A stretch of DNA of 63,738 bases from positions 1 to 63,738 of the forward strand of contig JBFIML010000024.1 in the NCBI GenBank assembly GCA_041611735.1. Direction: 5' to 3'. The notes below the pieces were generated by a model. It had not been told where the DNA came from. It did not search any database and saw only the letters and a list, made by a program, of their open reading frames with translations. This document shows, piece after piece, positions 47,621-57,052 of the stretch. How positions within the stretch are numbered: the stretch's first letter is position 1; the number at the start of each line of letters is the position of its first letter. The position numbers were made by a program, and so were the translations under genes. The stretch is from Myxococcota bacterium. Its GTDB lineage: Bacteria > Myxococcota_A > UBA9160 > PR03.

Positions 47621-48841
47621 TCAGATCGGTCGCTGGGGCGTCAGCACGCCGCCGAACTTGTAGCCCTGGCCGTAGGGAACGCCGAGCTCGCGCAGCATGC
47701 GCAGCTCCTCGTCGGTTTCGACCCCTTCGGCGATCACCTGGGCGTTGATGCGCCGCGCCACGGTGAGCAGCGCGCGCAGCACTTCCTGGCGGGGCGGATC
47801 CGAGTCGATGCCGCGCACCAGGGCCATGTCGGCCTTCAGGAAGTCGGGGCCGACCTCCATGATCCGCTCCAGGCTCGCGTAGCCCACGCCCGCGTCGTCG
47901 ATGGCGATCTGGATGCCGAGCTCCCGGCACGAATCGCGCATCTCGCGGAAGATGGAGAAGTTCTCGATCGACTCCTTCTCCGAGATCTCCAGCACGAGAT
48001 CGCTGGGGCGCAGATGCAGCTTCTCCAGCGCCTTGCGCAGCCCCTCGCCCTGGAAACCGGGATCCCGGATCGCGGTGGGAAGGCAGTTCAGGAAGAGTTT
48101 TGCCCCGCGCGGCAACGCATCCGCCCGCTCCAGCGCGGAGCGACGGCACAGGCAGTCGAGCTCGAAGAGCAGCCCCATCTCGTCGGCCAGTCCGAAGATC
48201 TCCCGGGGCATGTGCAGCTCGGAGTCCTCGGGCCCGCGGGCCAACGCTTCGTAGCCGATCGGCTCACCGTTGCGCAGCTCCACGATCGGCTCGAAGTGGA
48301 AGTCGAGCTCTCCGCCGAGCACGATTTCCAGCAGGCGCCAGCCGCGCACGCGCGCATCGAGCCGCGCCTGGAGCTCCGCGTCGCGGCGCGCCGCCTCCAC
48401 CACGCGCTGGAGCTGCCGCTCGACGCGAAGGTTCGGGTTGTGGACCGCCACGGCGAGGCCCACCGACAGGGTGAGGGGTTCGCGGTGGTAGGGGTAGACG
48501 GCGCGACCGCTCTGGCGCTCGAGCTCGCGCGTGAGCTGACGCGACAGCTCGAGAAGCTGGGCCCCGTAGAAGTGCCGATCGCCGCGGGGCCGCAACAGGA
48601 AGGCGTGCAGCTCGTCGGTGCCCCGCTCGACCGAGACCAGCACGTCGTCGTGCGGAAGGTGCTCCCGGACCAGCTCGGCCACGAGCTTGCGCAGGCCCTC
48701 CATGGCCCGCACGTAGGCATCGCCGCCGAACTGGCGCTCCACCCGCGCCAGCCGTCCGGCGTCGATCAGGATCAGCGCGAGGGCACCCCCGGCGGCCAGC
48801 CGTTCGGCAATGCGCTCGAGCTCGGCTTCCTCGGTCAGCAA
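47621..48841 (-). CDS. EAL phosphodiesterase with a degenerate GGDEF-like domain
   Basis: YEALAR, LFLN, EISE, IAIDDAGVG, KAD, IAEGVET, GQGY; GTDEL in place of GGDEF; TTG start after GAGGG. Confidence 0.9.
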   Translation of the reverse strand: MLTEEAELERIAERLAAGGALALILIDAGRLARVERQFGGDAYVRAMEGLRKLVAELVREHLPHDDVLVSVERGTDELHAFLLRPRGDRHFYGAQLLELSRQLTRELERQSGRAVYPYHREPLTLSVGLAVAVHNPNLRVERQLQRVVEAARRDAELQARLDARVRGWRLLEIVLGGELDFHFEPIVELRNGEPIGYEALARGPEDSELHMPREIFGLADEMGLLFELDCLCRRSALERADALPRGAKLFLNCLPTAIRDPGFQGEGLRKALEKLHLRPSDLVLEISEKESIENFSIFREMRDSCRELGIQIAIDDAGVGYASLERIMEVGPDFLKADMALVRGIDSDPPRQEVLRALLTVARRINAQVIAEGVETDEELRMLRELGVPYGQGYKFGGVLTPQRPI

Positions 48842-48914
48842 GCAACCCTCGCGTCGCGGCCGCCCGCTCGCGGGCGGTACGCCCGGTCGTATCGGCCGGG
48901 ACCCCGTCGAGACC

Positions 48915-51731
48915 TTAATTGTCCCCGTGGGGGAAGAGCCCTCCAAGCTCCCCGCGCAGGGCGGCCCCGGTGTGGGAGCCGGACGCCCGGGCAATGGCCC
49001 CGGGCGGGCCCGCGGCCACCAGGCGCCCGCCACCCGGCCCGCCTTCCGGGCCCAGGTCGATGACCCAGTCGGCGGCCCGGATCACGTCGAGGTTGTGCTC
49101 CACCACGACGGCGCTGCCCCCCGCGTCGAGCAGCTCGTCGAGGCAGTCGAGCAGCACCTCCACGTCGGCTGGGTGCAGCCCCGTGGTGGGCTCGTCGAAC
49201 ACGTAGAGCGCCCGGGGCCGCTGCTCCGCCAGCGACGTCGCGAGGCGCAGCCGTTGGATCTCGCCGCCCGAGAGCGTCGAGATCGGCTGCCCCAGGGTCA
49301 GGTAGCCGAGCCCCGCGCGGGCGAAGGGGCGCAGGCGCTCGGCCACCGCCGGGTCCTCCGCGAACGCCTCGAGCGCCTCCTCGAGGGTGAGCCCGAGCAC
49401 GTCCACGATGCTGCGCCCACCCACATGGACGCGGCGCGCCTCGGGTCGGTAGCGCGTCCCGTCGCACTGCTCGCAGGGTACGCGCACGTCCTCGAGGAAC
49501 TGCATGTCCACGACCACCTCGCCCACGCCCTCGCACGCCTCGCAGCGCCCTCCCGGACGATTGAAGGAGAACCAGCCGGCGCCCACGCCGAGCGCGCGCG
49601 CTTCGCGGCTCGCCGCGAAGCGGCGCCGGATGCCCTCGAAGGCCTTGGACACGGTGGCGGGATTCGAGCGGGGACTGCGTGCGGGCGGCGTCGGATCCAC
49701 CACCACCACGTCGTCCAGCGTCTCGGCTCCCTCGATGCGGGCGCAGGGGCCCCGTTCGGGCTCGCGCCGCAGGTTCCCGACCAGCACCGAGCGCACCAGA
49801 CTCGACTTGCCGGCGCCGGAGACACCGCTCACCACCACCAGCTGGCCCAGGGGGAATTCGACATCGAGGTTGCGCAGGTTGTGGGCGGCCGCGCCCACCA
49901 CCCGCAGGCTGCCGCGCGCGGCCCGCCGCCGCCGGCGGCGCCCGCGCAGCTCGCTGCGCAGTGCGCGTCCGGTGAGCGAATCGGGATGACGACGCACCGC
50001 TTCGACGCTCCCCTCCGCCACCAGACGGCCCCCGAGGCGCCCCGCCCCCGGCCCGAGGTCGATCACGTGGTCCGCCGCCTCCACGATCTCGGGGGCGTGC
50101 TCCACCACGACCACCGTGTTGCCCTGGTCGCGGATCGCGCGCAGCACGCCCAGCAGCCGGGCCACGTCCCGGGCATGCAGCCCGATGGAAGGCTCGTCGA
50201 GCACGTAGAGGGCCGCCGTCAGCGTCCCGCCCAGGGCCGTGGCGAGCTGGATGCGCTGCGCCTCGCCCCCCGACAGCGTACGAGCCTGGCGGTCCAGGGA
50301 GAGGTAGCCGAGCCCCACCTGGCGGGCCGTGCCCACGCGGGCGCGCAGCGCCTCCAGCAGGCGCCCGGCCCGGGCCTGCTGCGGCGGCGAGAACGAGAGC
50401 TTCCCGAGCCAGTCCTCCAGCTCCACGATGGTGAGGCCCGCGACCTGGCCGAGGTCGCGCCCGTCCACGCGCACGCACAGCGCCTCCGGCCGCAGCCGGG
50501 TGCCCGTGCAGGCGGGACACGGGTCGAAACGCCGGTAACGGGCGATCAGCACCCGCGCCTGCACCTTGTAGCGCCTGGACTCCAGCCAGGAGAAGAAGCC
50601 TCGTACGCCGTACCAGTCGCCCCCGTCGCCCTCCATCACCAGCGTGCGCTGGCGCTCGGTCAGGCGGCGCCAGGAGCGCTGGGTCGGGATGCGCAGGCGG
50701 CGACAGGCTCGCAGCAGATCGCGCTGCATCGGCCGCCCGGCGGGCGTTGCGAAGGGCGCGACGGCGTGGTCGGCCAGGCTGCAGTCCGGATCGGGCACGA
50801 TGCGTTCCGGGTCGAGGGCCTGGATGCGCCCGAAGCCCTGGCACTCGGGGCACGCTCCGAGCGGGCTGTTGAAGGAGAACAACGCCGGCTCCGGGGTCGG
50901 GAAGGCGCGCCCGCACTCGTCGCACACGGAGCCCCTGCGGAAGAAGGCGCGCTCGCCGGTCTCGCTCACCACGGCGAGACGCCCGTCGCCCCGCACGAAG
51001 GCGGTGGCGATCGCCTCGGCGAGGCGCGGCCGGGACGCATCGCGTTGCAGGGCCAGGCGGTCCACCAGCAGCAGGGCGCGACGGCGCAGGGCGCCGAGCG
51101 TCCGGGGCGCGAGCTCGGTGACGTCCACCACGCCCCCCTGCGGGTCGAGCAGGCGCGTCCATCCCTCGCGGGCCAGGCGCTCGCGCAGCGCGGTGGGCGT
51201 CTCCCCGCGCGGAACCCCCAGCGGAGCGCCGAGCGAGATGCGCTTGCCCTCCCAGCGCTCCAGGATCCGCTCGGCGACACCCTCCACGGTGCCGGGCTCC
51301 ACCGGGAGGTCACAATCCGGGCAGCGGACCTCGCCGATCTTGGCGTAGAGCAGACGCAGGTGGTCCAGGATCTCCGTGGCCGTTCCCACGCTGGAGCGCG
51401 CGTTGGTGACGCGGTTGCGCTGCTCGATGGCGATGGCCGGGGGAAGATTGCTGATCGAGTCCACGTCGGGCCGGGCCAGCCGCTCCAGGAACTGGCGCGC
51501 GTAGGTGGACAGCGACGCCACGTAGCGCCGTTGCCCCTCGGCGTACAAGGTGTCGAAGGCCAGGGTGGACTTGCCGGAGCCCGAGACCCCGGTCACCACC
51601 GTGAGCCTGCGCACGGGGATCCGGCAGCTCACCCCCTTCAGGTTGTGGGAGCGGGCGTTCTCGATGTGGATCGCTTCGACGGCGTGCGAGGCGGACGCCT
51701 CGCTGTGAGCGGGGAGGTCGGTGCGCTTCAC
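48915..51731 (-). CDS. uvrA: Excinuclease ABC subunit A family protein
   Basis: HNLK, GVSGSGKSTLAFDTLYAEGQRRY, FSFN.P.GAC, LSGGEAQR, second ABC cassette; GTG start at 51731. Confidence 0.93.
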   Translation of the reverse strand: MKRTDLPAHSEASASHAVEAIHIENARSHNLKGVSCRIPVRRLTVVTGVSGSGKSTLAFDTLYAEGQRRYVASLSTYARQFLERLARPDVDSISNLPPAIAIEQRNRVTNARSSVGTATEILDHLRLLYAKIGEVRCPDCDLPVEPGTVEGVAERILERWEGKRISLGAPLGVPRGETPTALRERLAREGWTRLLDPQGGVVDVTELAPRTLGALRRRALLLVDRLALQRDASRPRLAEAIATAFVRGDGRLAVVSETGERAFFRRGSVCDECGRAFPTPEPALFSFNSPLGACPECQGFGRIQALDPERIVPDPDCSLADHAVAPFATPAGRPMQRDLLRACRRLRIPTQRSWRRLTERQRTLVMEGDGGDWYGVRGFFSWLESRRYKVQARVLIARYRRFDPCPACTGTRLRPEALCVRVDGRDLGQVAGLTIVELEDWLGKLSFSPPQQARAGRLLEALRARVGTARQVGLGYLSLDRQARTLSGGEAQRIQLATALGGTLTAALYVLDEPSIGLHARDVARLLGVLRAIRDQGNTVVVVEHAPEIVEAADHVIDLGPGAGRLGGRLVAEGSVEAVRRHPDSLTGRALRSELRGRRRRRRAARGSLRVVGAAAHNLRNLDVEFPLGQLVVVSGVSGAGKSSLVRSVLVGNLRREPERGPCARIEGAETLDDVVVVDPTPPARSPRSNPATVSKAFEGIRRRFAASREARALGVGAGWFSFNRPGGRCEACEGVGEVVVDMQFLEDVRVPCEQCDGTRYRPEARRVHVGGRSIVDVLGLTLEEALEAFAEDPAVAERLRPFARAGLGYLTLGQPISTLSGGEIQRLRLATSLAEQRPRALYVFDEPTTGLHPADVEVLLDCLDELLDAGGSAVVVEHNLDVIRAADWVIDLGPEGGPGGGRLVAAGPPGAIARASGSHTGAALRGELGGLFPHGDN

Positions 51732-51757
51732 GGGGGGCGGAGTGTAGACGAACTTGC

Positions 51758-51928
51758 CTAGTCGAGCGGCTCGTGCTCCTGGATCAGCAGGCTGATGGTG
51801 ATGTGGTTGCCGGTCTCGCTCTGGGTCATGTGGAGCACCTGGATGCCCGGATGCATGGCGAGGAACTTGTTCACCTCCTCCTCCACCTCCTTGGCGAGGC
51901 CGCGCAGCACGACGCAGCGCAGCAACAT
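51758..51928 (-). CDS. Small hypothetical protein, 56 aa (MLLRCVVLRGLAKEVEEEVNKFLAMHPGIQVLHMTQSETGNHITISLLIQEHEPLD)
   Basis: Manual translation; ATG 3 nt after the upstream TAG, GAGGG in RBS position, nearly all third positions G/C. Confidence 0.8.
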   Translation of the reverse strand: MLLRCVVLRGLAKEVEEEVNKFLAMHPGIQVLHMTQSETGNHITISLLIQEHEPLD

Positions 51929-51931
51929 CCC

Positions 51932-52276
51932 CTAGCCCTCCCCTCGCTCCGCCTGGCGTTGCGCCTCGGCCGCGTAGCGCAGCTTCCCGGCCGCCTGGGC
52001 CGCCTGGGCCAGGAGGCGCCACCGAGCCACCCCCGGCTTCTCCGCCAGGGCGCGCGCCGTCTCCTTCAGCAGGAAGGCATCGCCCTCGGCCACGGCGGCC
52101 TCCTGGAGCTCACGCAGCCGATCGTGGGCGGCGGCCTTGACCAGGAACGCGAGCGCCTCCACCCGACGCCCCGCCGCCAGGTACGCCTCGGCGATGCGCA
52201 AGGCCGACTCCGGTGCGAGCTCGCGCTCCAACAGGTGCCGGCGGCTCAGGGGGTCCGGCAAGGTCGGCTTGGCCAT
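51932..52276 (-). CDS. Hypothetical all-helical protein
   Basis: 114-aa ORF with GAGGAGG RBS, in tandem between moeZ and the small ORF. Confidence 0.8.
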   Translation of the reverse strand: MAKPTLPDPLSRRHLLERELAPESALRIAEAYLAAGRRVEALAFLVKAAAHDRLRELQEAAVAEGDAFLLKETARALAEKPGVARWRLLAQAAQAAGKLRYAAEAQRQAERGEG

Positions 52277-52289
52277 GGCGCCCTCCTCG

Positions 52290-53489
52290 TCATTGTACGC
52301 CTTCGGCGCGCCCGGTGGTGCGCTGAAGGGCGGCCTCGTAACGCGACACGCGGGGGTCCACGGTCAGCGACCAGGCGTCGATGCCGCCCGCCAGGCTGGA
52401 GACGTCCGAGAAGCCGTGGCGGGCCAGCAGCCGGCAAGCCCGGGCGCTGCGCGTCCCCCGATGACAGTGGACCACCACGGGACGCGCCTTCCAGGCCCCG
52501 AGCTCGGCCAGGCGCTGCTCGAGCTCGCCGAGCGGGATCCAAACGGCGCCTTCGATGCAGGCGACCGCGCGCTCGGCCTGCTCCCGAACGTCGAGCAGCA
52601 GGAAGGCTTCTCCACGTCCGGAGAGCACCGCCACCTCCGCCGCGGCGCGCTCCCGCACCGAAGGCTCCGCGCTTGCCGGCAGACCGCAGAAGCCCTCGTA
52701 GTCGATCAGCTCGGTGATGCTGGGTTGCTCGCTGCACGCGGGGCATCCGGGATCCTTGCGCAGCCGGAACTCGTCGAAACGCATGGCGAGAGCATCGTAG
52801 TGGAGGAGCCGCCCGACGAGGGGCTCGCCGATCCCCGTCAGGAGCTTCACGGTCTCCGTGGCCTGGACCAGGGCCACGAGGCCGGGGAGGATGCCGAGCA
52901 CGCCCCCCTCGGCGCAGGAGGGCACGCTGCCGGGGGCCGGAGGCTCGGGATAGAGGCAGCGGTAGCAGGGCCCGTGACGGGCGTCGAAGACGGTCGCCTG
53001 GCCCTCGAAACGGAACACGGAGCCGTGCACGTCGGGCTTGCCCAGCAGCACACAGGCGTCGTTGGTCAGGTAGCGGGTCGGGAAGTTGTCGGACCCGTCC
53101 ACGATCACGTCCCAGTCCTGCAGCACGTCGAGCGCATTCCCGGCGGCGAGGCGCAGCGCGTACGCCTCGATCTTGACGTCCGGGTTGAGCGCGGCCACCC
53201 GCTCCCGGGCCACCTCCACCTTGGGCCGGCCCAGATCGGCGCTGCCGTACAGCACCTGTCGCTGCAGGTTCGAGGCGTCCACCACGTCGTCGTCGACGAG
53301 GCCGAGCGTCCCGACTCCGGCGGCGGCGAGGTACTGGGCCAGGGGGCAGCCCAGACCGCCGGCTCCCACCAGCAGCACGCGCGCCGCCAGCAGGCGCTGC
53401 TGGCCCCCCACCCCCAGCTCGGGCAGCACCAGGTGGCGCCGATAGCGCTCGTACTGGTCGGGGCGGAAGGGGGGACGCGGCGACGACAT
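52290..53489 (-). CDS. moeB: MoeB/ThiF adenylyltransferase plus rhodanese (MoeZ-like)
   Basis: GAGGLG, SNLQRQ, PCYRC, CAEGGVLG, CPAC, rhodanese DVRE...CHRG.RS...GGIDAW. Confidence 0.95.
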   Translation of the reverse strand: MSSPRPPFRPDQYERYRRHLVLPELGVGGQQRLLAARVLLVGAGGLGCPLAQYLAAAGVGTLGLVDDDVVDASNLQRQVLYGSADLGRPKVEVARERVAALNPDVKIEAYALRLAAGNALDVLQDWDVIVDGSDNFPTRYLTNDACVLLGKPDVHGSVFRFEGQATVFDARHGPCYRCLYPEPPAPGSVPSCAEGGVLGILPGLVALVQATETVKLLTGIGEPLVGRLLHYDALAMRFDEFRLRKDPGCPACSEQPSITELIDYEGFCGLPASAEPSVRERAAAEVAVLSGRGEAFLLLDVREQAERAVACIEGAVWIPLGELEQRLAELGAWKARPVVVHCHRGTRSARACRLLARHGFSDVSSLAGGIDAWSLTVDPRVSRYEAALQRTTGRAEGVQ

Positions 53490-53561
53490 GTCCGCAAAGC
53501 TATCGGAGCGATCCCCGTCCGCCAGGCCGCCGGGTTCGAGAAGACGCCTCCGGAAGACGAA

Positions 53562-53588
53562 CGGCCCTCCGCGGAGCGCGGAGGGCCG
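53562..53588 (-). terminator. Perfect 12-bp hairpin, probable intrinsic terminator
   Basis: CGGCCCTCCGCG-gag-CGCGGAGGGCCG just downstream of the 53615 stop; weak U-tract. Confidence 0.65.
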
Positions 53589-53614
53589 GTAGAAGTCCGC
53601 GGCCGGGACGAGGG

Positions 53615-53944
53615 CTACTCGTCCTCGCCGGCCTCGTCCTTGGGCGGAAGCACGACGACCTTGTAGGCCCTGCGGGGCTTGTCCACGAACTTCCAGTGCA
53701 CCGTCACCCAGTCGCCCTTGCTCACGTCTTCCCAGGTGCTCTTCTCCCCCTCGACGACGGCGTCTTCGACCTTGTTGAACTTGACCTTGTCGCCCTGGCG
53801 ATTGTCGACGATCACCTGCTTGTTGTTGATCTTGTCCACCTTGCCGGTGAACTCACGCATCTGTGCCGACGCGGCCACCGGGACCACCAGCGGAAGGATG
53901 CCAGCCAGAAGCGCGATCAAGCCGAGCCTGCGAACCCGTGCCAT
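53615..53944 (-). CDS. Secreted small beta-barrel (OB-fold-like) hypothetical protein
   Basis: Signal peptide (ASA|Q), G.V.KI...GDWVTV pattern, GGAGG RBS. Confidence 0.85.
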   Translation of the reverse strand: MARVRRLGLIALLAGILPLVVPVAASAQMREFTGKVDKINNKQVIVDNRQGDKVKFNKVEDAVVEGEKSTWEDVSKGDWVTVHWKFVDKPRRAYKVVVLPPKDEAGEDE

Positions 53945-54070
53945 GTCTTCGAACCTCCCCTCGATGAGGGCCCGTCGGGGCCCGTCTGCCGGTCCGCTGC
54001 CATCCTCGCAGCGGCTCGAAACGTGGGTTTGGACGCGACCCCGGGCGGCTTATTCGAGCCCGCCCCGGGG

Positions 54071-54159
54071 TGGTGCCGGAGGTGGGACTCGAACCCACAC
54101 GGCCTGCGAGGGCCGGGGCCTTTTGAGGGCCCTGCGTATGCCAGTTCCGCCACTCCGGC
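54071..54159 (-). tRNA. tRNA-Leu (CAA)
   Basis: GCCGGAGTGGCGGAACTGGCATACGCA GGGCC CTCAAAA GGCCC ... GGTTCGAGTCC...CCGGCACCA; long variable arm. Confidence 0.96.
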
Positions 54160-54213
54160 GGGCGGGCGCGGAGCATACCACGGGGCCGCGGGCGCTCCAG
54201 CGCAGGCGGCTCT

Positions 54214-54242
54214 TTGACAGCCCGCGGGCCCGGCGATAGCTT
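54214..54242 (+). promoter_or_regulatory. sigma70 promoter of tRNA-Ala (TTGACA-N17-TAGCTT); divergent TGgTATGCT for tRNA-Leu at 54172-54180
   Basis: Consensus -35, 17-nt spacer, GC-rich discriminator. Confidence 0.8.
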
Positions 54243-54253
54243 GCGGCCCGCTT

Positions 54254-54329
<76 letters not shown>

Positions 54330-54415
54330 GGGTTTTCGGACGAGGCCGGCGCGGGGTTGCCGGGAGCGGGCTCCAAGGTGTCCAGGCCGGCCGCACGCCG
54401 TGCCGGAGGAGGCGG

Positions 54416-55045
54416 TTGCAGCCCCAGGATGCGTTCCGGCTCGCCCGTGCCGAGGACGTGGAGCGCAGTCTCGACGCCCTGGCCCGGCGCCTCGCCGCGG
54501 AGCTGGGCCGGGATCTCGTGCTCGTGGGAGTCCGGCGACGCGGCGTCCCGCTGGCCCGGGCCCTGTCCCAGCGCCTCGCCACCCCGAGGCGTGCGGCCCC
54601 GCGGGTTCAGGAGATCGGCCTCCAGCGCTACGACGACGAGCTCAGCGTCCTGCACGAAGAGCCGGCCCTGGCCCCCGACACGAAGCCACTCCAGGTGAAG
54701 GGCGCCAGCGTCGTCTTGGTGGACGACGTGCTGTACAGCGGCCGCACCCTGCTGCGGGCGGTGAGCCACCTGCTGGAGCACGGAGCGGCCCGCGTGCACA
54801 GCGCCGTGCTCTGCGTGCGGGGCGGCCAGACGGTGCCGGTACGGGCGGACTTCGCCGGCCTGCACCTCGACGTGGGGACGTCCGGCGTGATCGAAGTGCG
54901 CACGCCGCCCTACGAGCCCGAGCTGGCCGTGGTGCTGCGGCGGCGTCCCGAGCCGGGACGCGAGAGCATGGCTCGAGACCCTAGGGGTCCGGTCTCGCCA
55001 GGCGTGCCCGGATCGCGGCGGTCGCGGCCTCCAGGGCGGGACTGA
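54416..55045 (+). CDS. PyrR-like phosphoribosyltransferase
   Basis: LVGVRRRGVPLA, VVLVDDVLYSGRT, PVRADFAG; TTG start after GGAGGAGG. Confidence 0.85.
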   Translation: MQPQDAFRLARAEDVERSLDALARRLAAELGRDLVLVGVRRRGVPLARALSQRLATPRRAAPRVQEIGLQRYDDELSVLHEEPALAPDTKPLQVKGASVVLVDDVLYSGRTLLRAVSHLLEHGAARVHSAVLCVRGGQTVPVRADFAGLHLDVGTSGVIEVRTPPYEPELAVVLRRRPEPGRESMARDPRGPVSPGVPGSRRSRPPGRD

Positions 55046-56348
55046 TTTCCACCGGGTAGGGGGGATCGGCCGGGGCGAGGGCCCGCACCCGCTCCGGCAG
55101 GGCGGCGGCCTCGACGGCCGCCCGCTCCCGGAGTCGCTCGAGCGGCTCGCTGCCCGCGGGCAGGCGCCGCCCGCCCTTCATCACCGGCACCAGCAGGGGC
55201 CGCCCCGCCAGGCGCTCGTCGGCGCGTGCCACCACGTCGCGGACTGCCCCACCCCGCGCCACGATGCGGAACACCTGCTTGCGTCCCGGCAGCGTCCGCT
55301 TGCGGCTGGACAGCTTGAGACGCCCGATCCCGGCGTACTCCACCAGCTTGTAGGCCATGTCCAGGTCGGGGGCGTCGTGGGAGACGCCCATGCGGGTTCC
55401 CACGCCGAAGGCGTCGATCGGGGCGCCGCGCTCCACGAGCTCGGCGATCCCGCACTCGTCGAGGCTGCCGCTGGCGAAGATCTGCACGTGGCCCAGTCCC
55501 TCGGCGTCGAGAAGCTTGCGCGTGGCGAAGGCGAGCTCCGCCAGGTCGCCGGAATCGAGCCGCACCGCCCGTACCCGGAAGTGGTCGCCCAGCTCGCGCG
55601 CCAGCCGCACCACGTTCCGCACCCCGGCCAGCGTGTCGTAGGTGTCCACCAGCAGCACCGTATCGGGGTAGTGGCGCACGAAGGCGCGGAAGGCCGCCAG
55701 CTCGTCGTCGTGGGCCTGCACGTAGCTGTGGGCCATGGTGCCGGCGAGCGGCACCCCGTACACCTGACCGGCGAGCACGTTGCTGGTGGCGGCGACGCCG
55801 GCCACGTGGAAGGCACGCGCCGCCTTGAGGCCTGCGTCGGTGCCCTGCGTGCGACGCAGGCCGAAGTCCACCACCGCCCGATCGCCCGCCGCGTGCACTA
55901 CCCGGGCGGCCTTCGAGGCGAGCACGGTCTGGAGGTGCACCTGGTTCATGAGGAACGTCTCGGGGAGCTGGGCCTCGGGCAGGGAGGCCACGACCTCCAG
56001 CAGCGGCTCCTCGGCGAAGATCGGCGTCCCCTCGGGCACCGCCCAGACGTCCCCGCGGAAGCGCAGCCCGGCGAGCCAGTCGAGAAAGGGCGGCGGGAAC
56101 TCCTCCCGAGCCCGCAGGAAGGCGATCGCCTCGGGCGGGAAGTGAAGCTGCTCCAGGTAGCGCAGCGCGTCGTCGAGACCACAGGCCACGAGGTAGTTTC
56201 GCGTCGGCGGCAGGCGACGCACGAACAGGCTGAAGACGGCCGGCTCGAACATGGCGTCCGCCCAGTAGGCGCGCAGCATGGTGAGCTCGTACAGGTCGGT
56301 CAGCAGCGCGGCGTTCGCGTCGGTGACCCAGGGCGTCGGGCCGGCCAT
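54981..56348 (-). CDS. pncB: Nicotinate phosphoribosyltransferase
   Basis: LLTDLYELTM, DFGLRR, GTMAHS, LVDTY, VRLDSGD, FGVGT, YKLV. Confidence 0.96.
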   Translation of the reverse strand: MAGPTPWVTDANAALLTDLYELTMLRAYWADAMFEPAVFSLFVRRLPPTRNYLVACGLDDALRYLEQLHFPPEAIAFLRAREEFPPPFLDWLAGLRFRGDVWAVPEGTPIFAEEPLLEVVASLPEAQLPETFLMNQVHLQTVLASKAARVVHAAGDRAVVDFGLRRTQGTDAGLKAARAFHVAGVAATSNVLAGQVYGVPLAGTMAHSYVQAHDDELAAFRAFVRHYPDTVLLVDTYDTLAGVRNVVRLARELGDHFRVRAVRLDSGDLAELAFATRKLLDAEGLGHVQIFASGSLDECGIAELVERGAPIDAFGVGTRMGVSHDAPDLDMAYKLVEYAGIGRLKLSSRKRTLPGRKQVFRIVARGGAVRDVVARADERLAGRPLLVPVMKGGRRLPAGSEPLERLRERAAVEAAALPERVRALAPADPPYPVEISPALEAATAAIRARLARPDP

Positions 56349-56350
56349 GT

Positions 56351-56920
56351 TCAGCTGGCCTCGACGACGGCCCCGGCCGCGCGCATCTCCGCCACGGCCC
56401 GGCGGCCTGCCTCCGCGTCCACGGGGCGCGTCGCGTCCAGCAGCAGGTGCACCGCGAAGCCGGCGCGGAGGGCGTCCAGCACCGTGGCGCGCACGCACAC
56501 CTCGAGGGCGAGCCCTCCCACCCACAGCCGTTGCACCTTGCGGTGCTGCAGGTGGTCGGCGAGCCCCGTGTCCTCGAACGCCGAGTACTGGTCCTTGTCG
56601 AGGCGGGTGCCCTTGCTGATCTTGACCACCTCCTCGGGCAGTTCGAGCTCCGGGTGCCAGGCCGCCCCGGGCGTGTCCTGGACGCAGTGGACCGGCCACG
56701 GGCCGCCCTGCTCCCGGAAGCTCGGGTGGCCCCGCGGGTGCCAGTCGCGGGATGCGTAGATCGGCACGCCGGCCCGACGCGCGGCGGCCAGCCAGCGCCT
56801 GAGCAACGGGATCACCCGCTCCCCCTCCGCCACGGGCAGCGCGCCCCCCGGACAGAAGTCGGGCTGCACGTCCACCACCAGCAGCGCGTCGCCCGCACGC
56901 AGGCAGCCGGCAGGCGCCAA
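56351..56920 (-). CDS. pncA: Nicotinamidase/pyrazinamidase
   Basis: VDVQPDFCPGG, DWH..H, WP.HC, KG, YSAF, CV; TTG start after GGAGGAGG. Confidence 0.95.
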   Translation of the reverse strand: MAPAGCLRAGDALLVVDVQPDFCPGGALPVAEGERVIPLLRRWLAAARRAGVPIYASRDWHPRGHPSFREQGGPWPVHCVQDTPGAAWHPELELPEEVVKISKGTRLDKDQYSAFEDTGLADHLQHRKVQRLWVGGLALEVCVRATVLDALRAGFAVHLLLDATRPVDAEAGRRAVAEMRAAGAVVEAS

Positions 56921-57052
56921 CGGGTCTCCTCCTCCCAAACGGTATCTCACCCGGGATCCGGGTCTCGCAGCTTCAGGCGGGCCGGCGGCCTGCCGCTCCG
57001 GTGTTACTATTGGCGGGGGCCGCGAGACCTCGACCTGGATGGAGATGCCGCC

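Noticed and set aside
48888-48920. sigma28-like motif TAAG-N17-GCCGATAC upstream of the EAL gene, and TCAAG-N15-GTCGAT upstream of divIVA
   Set aside because: Spacing or sequence deviates from TAAA-N15-GCCGATAA and no flagellar context is visible; too weak to call
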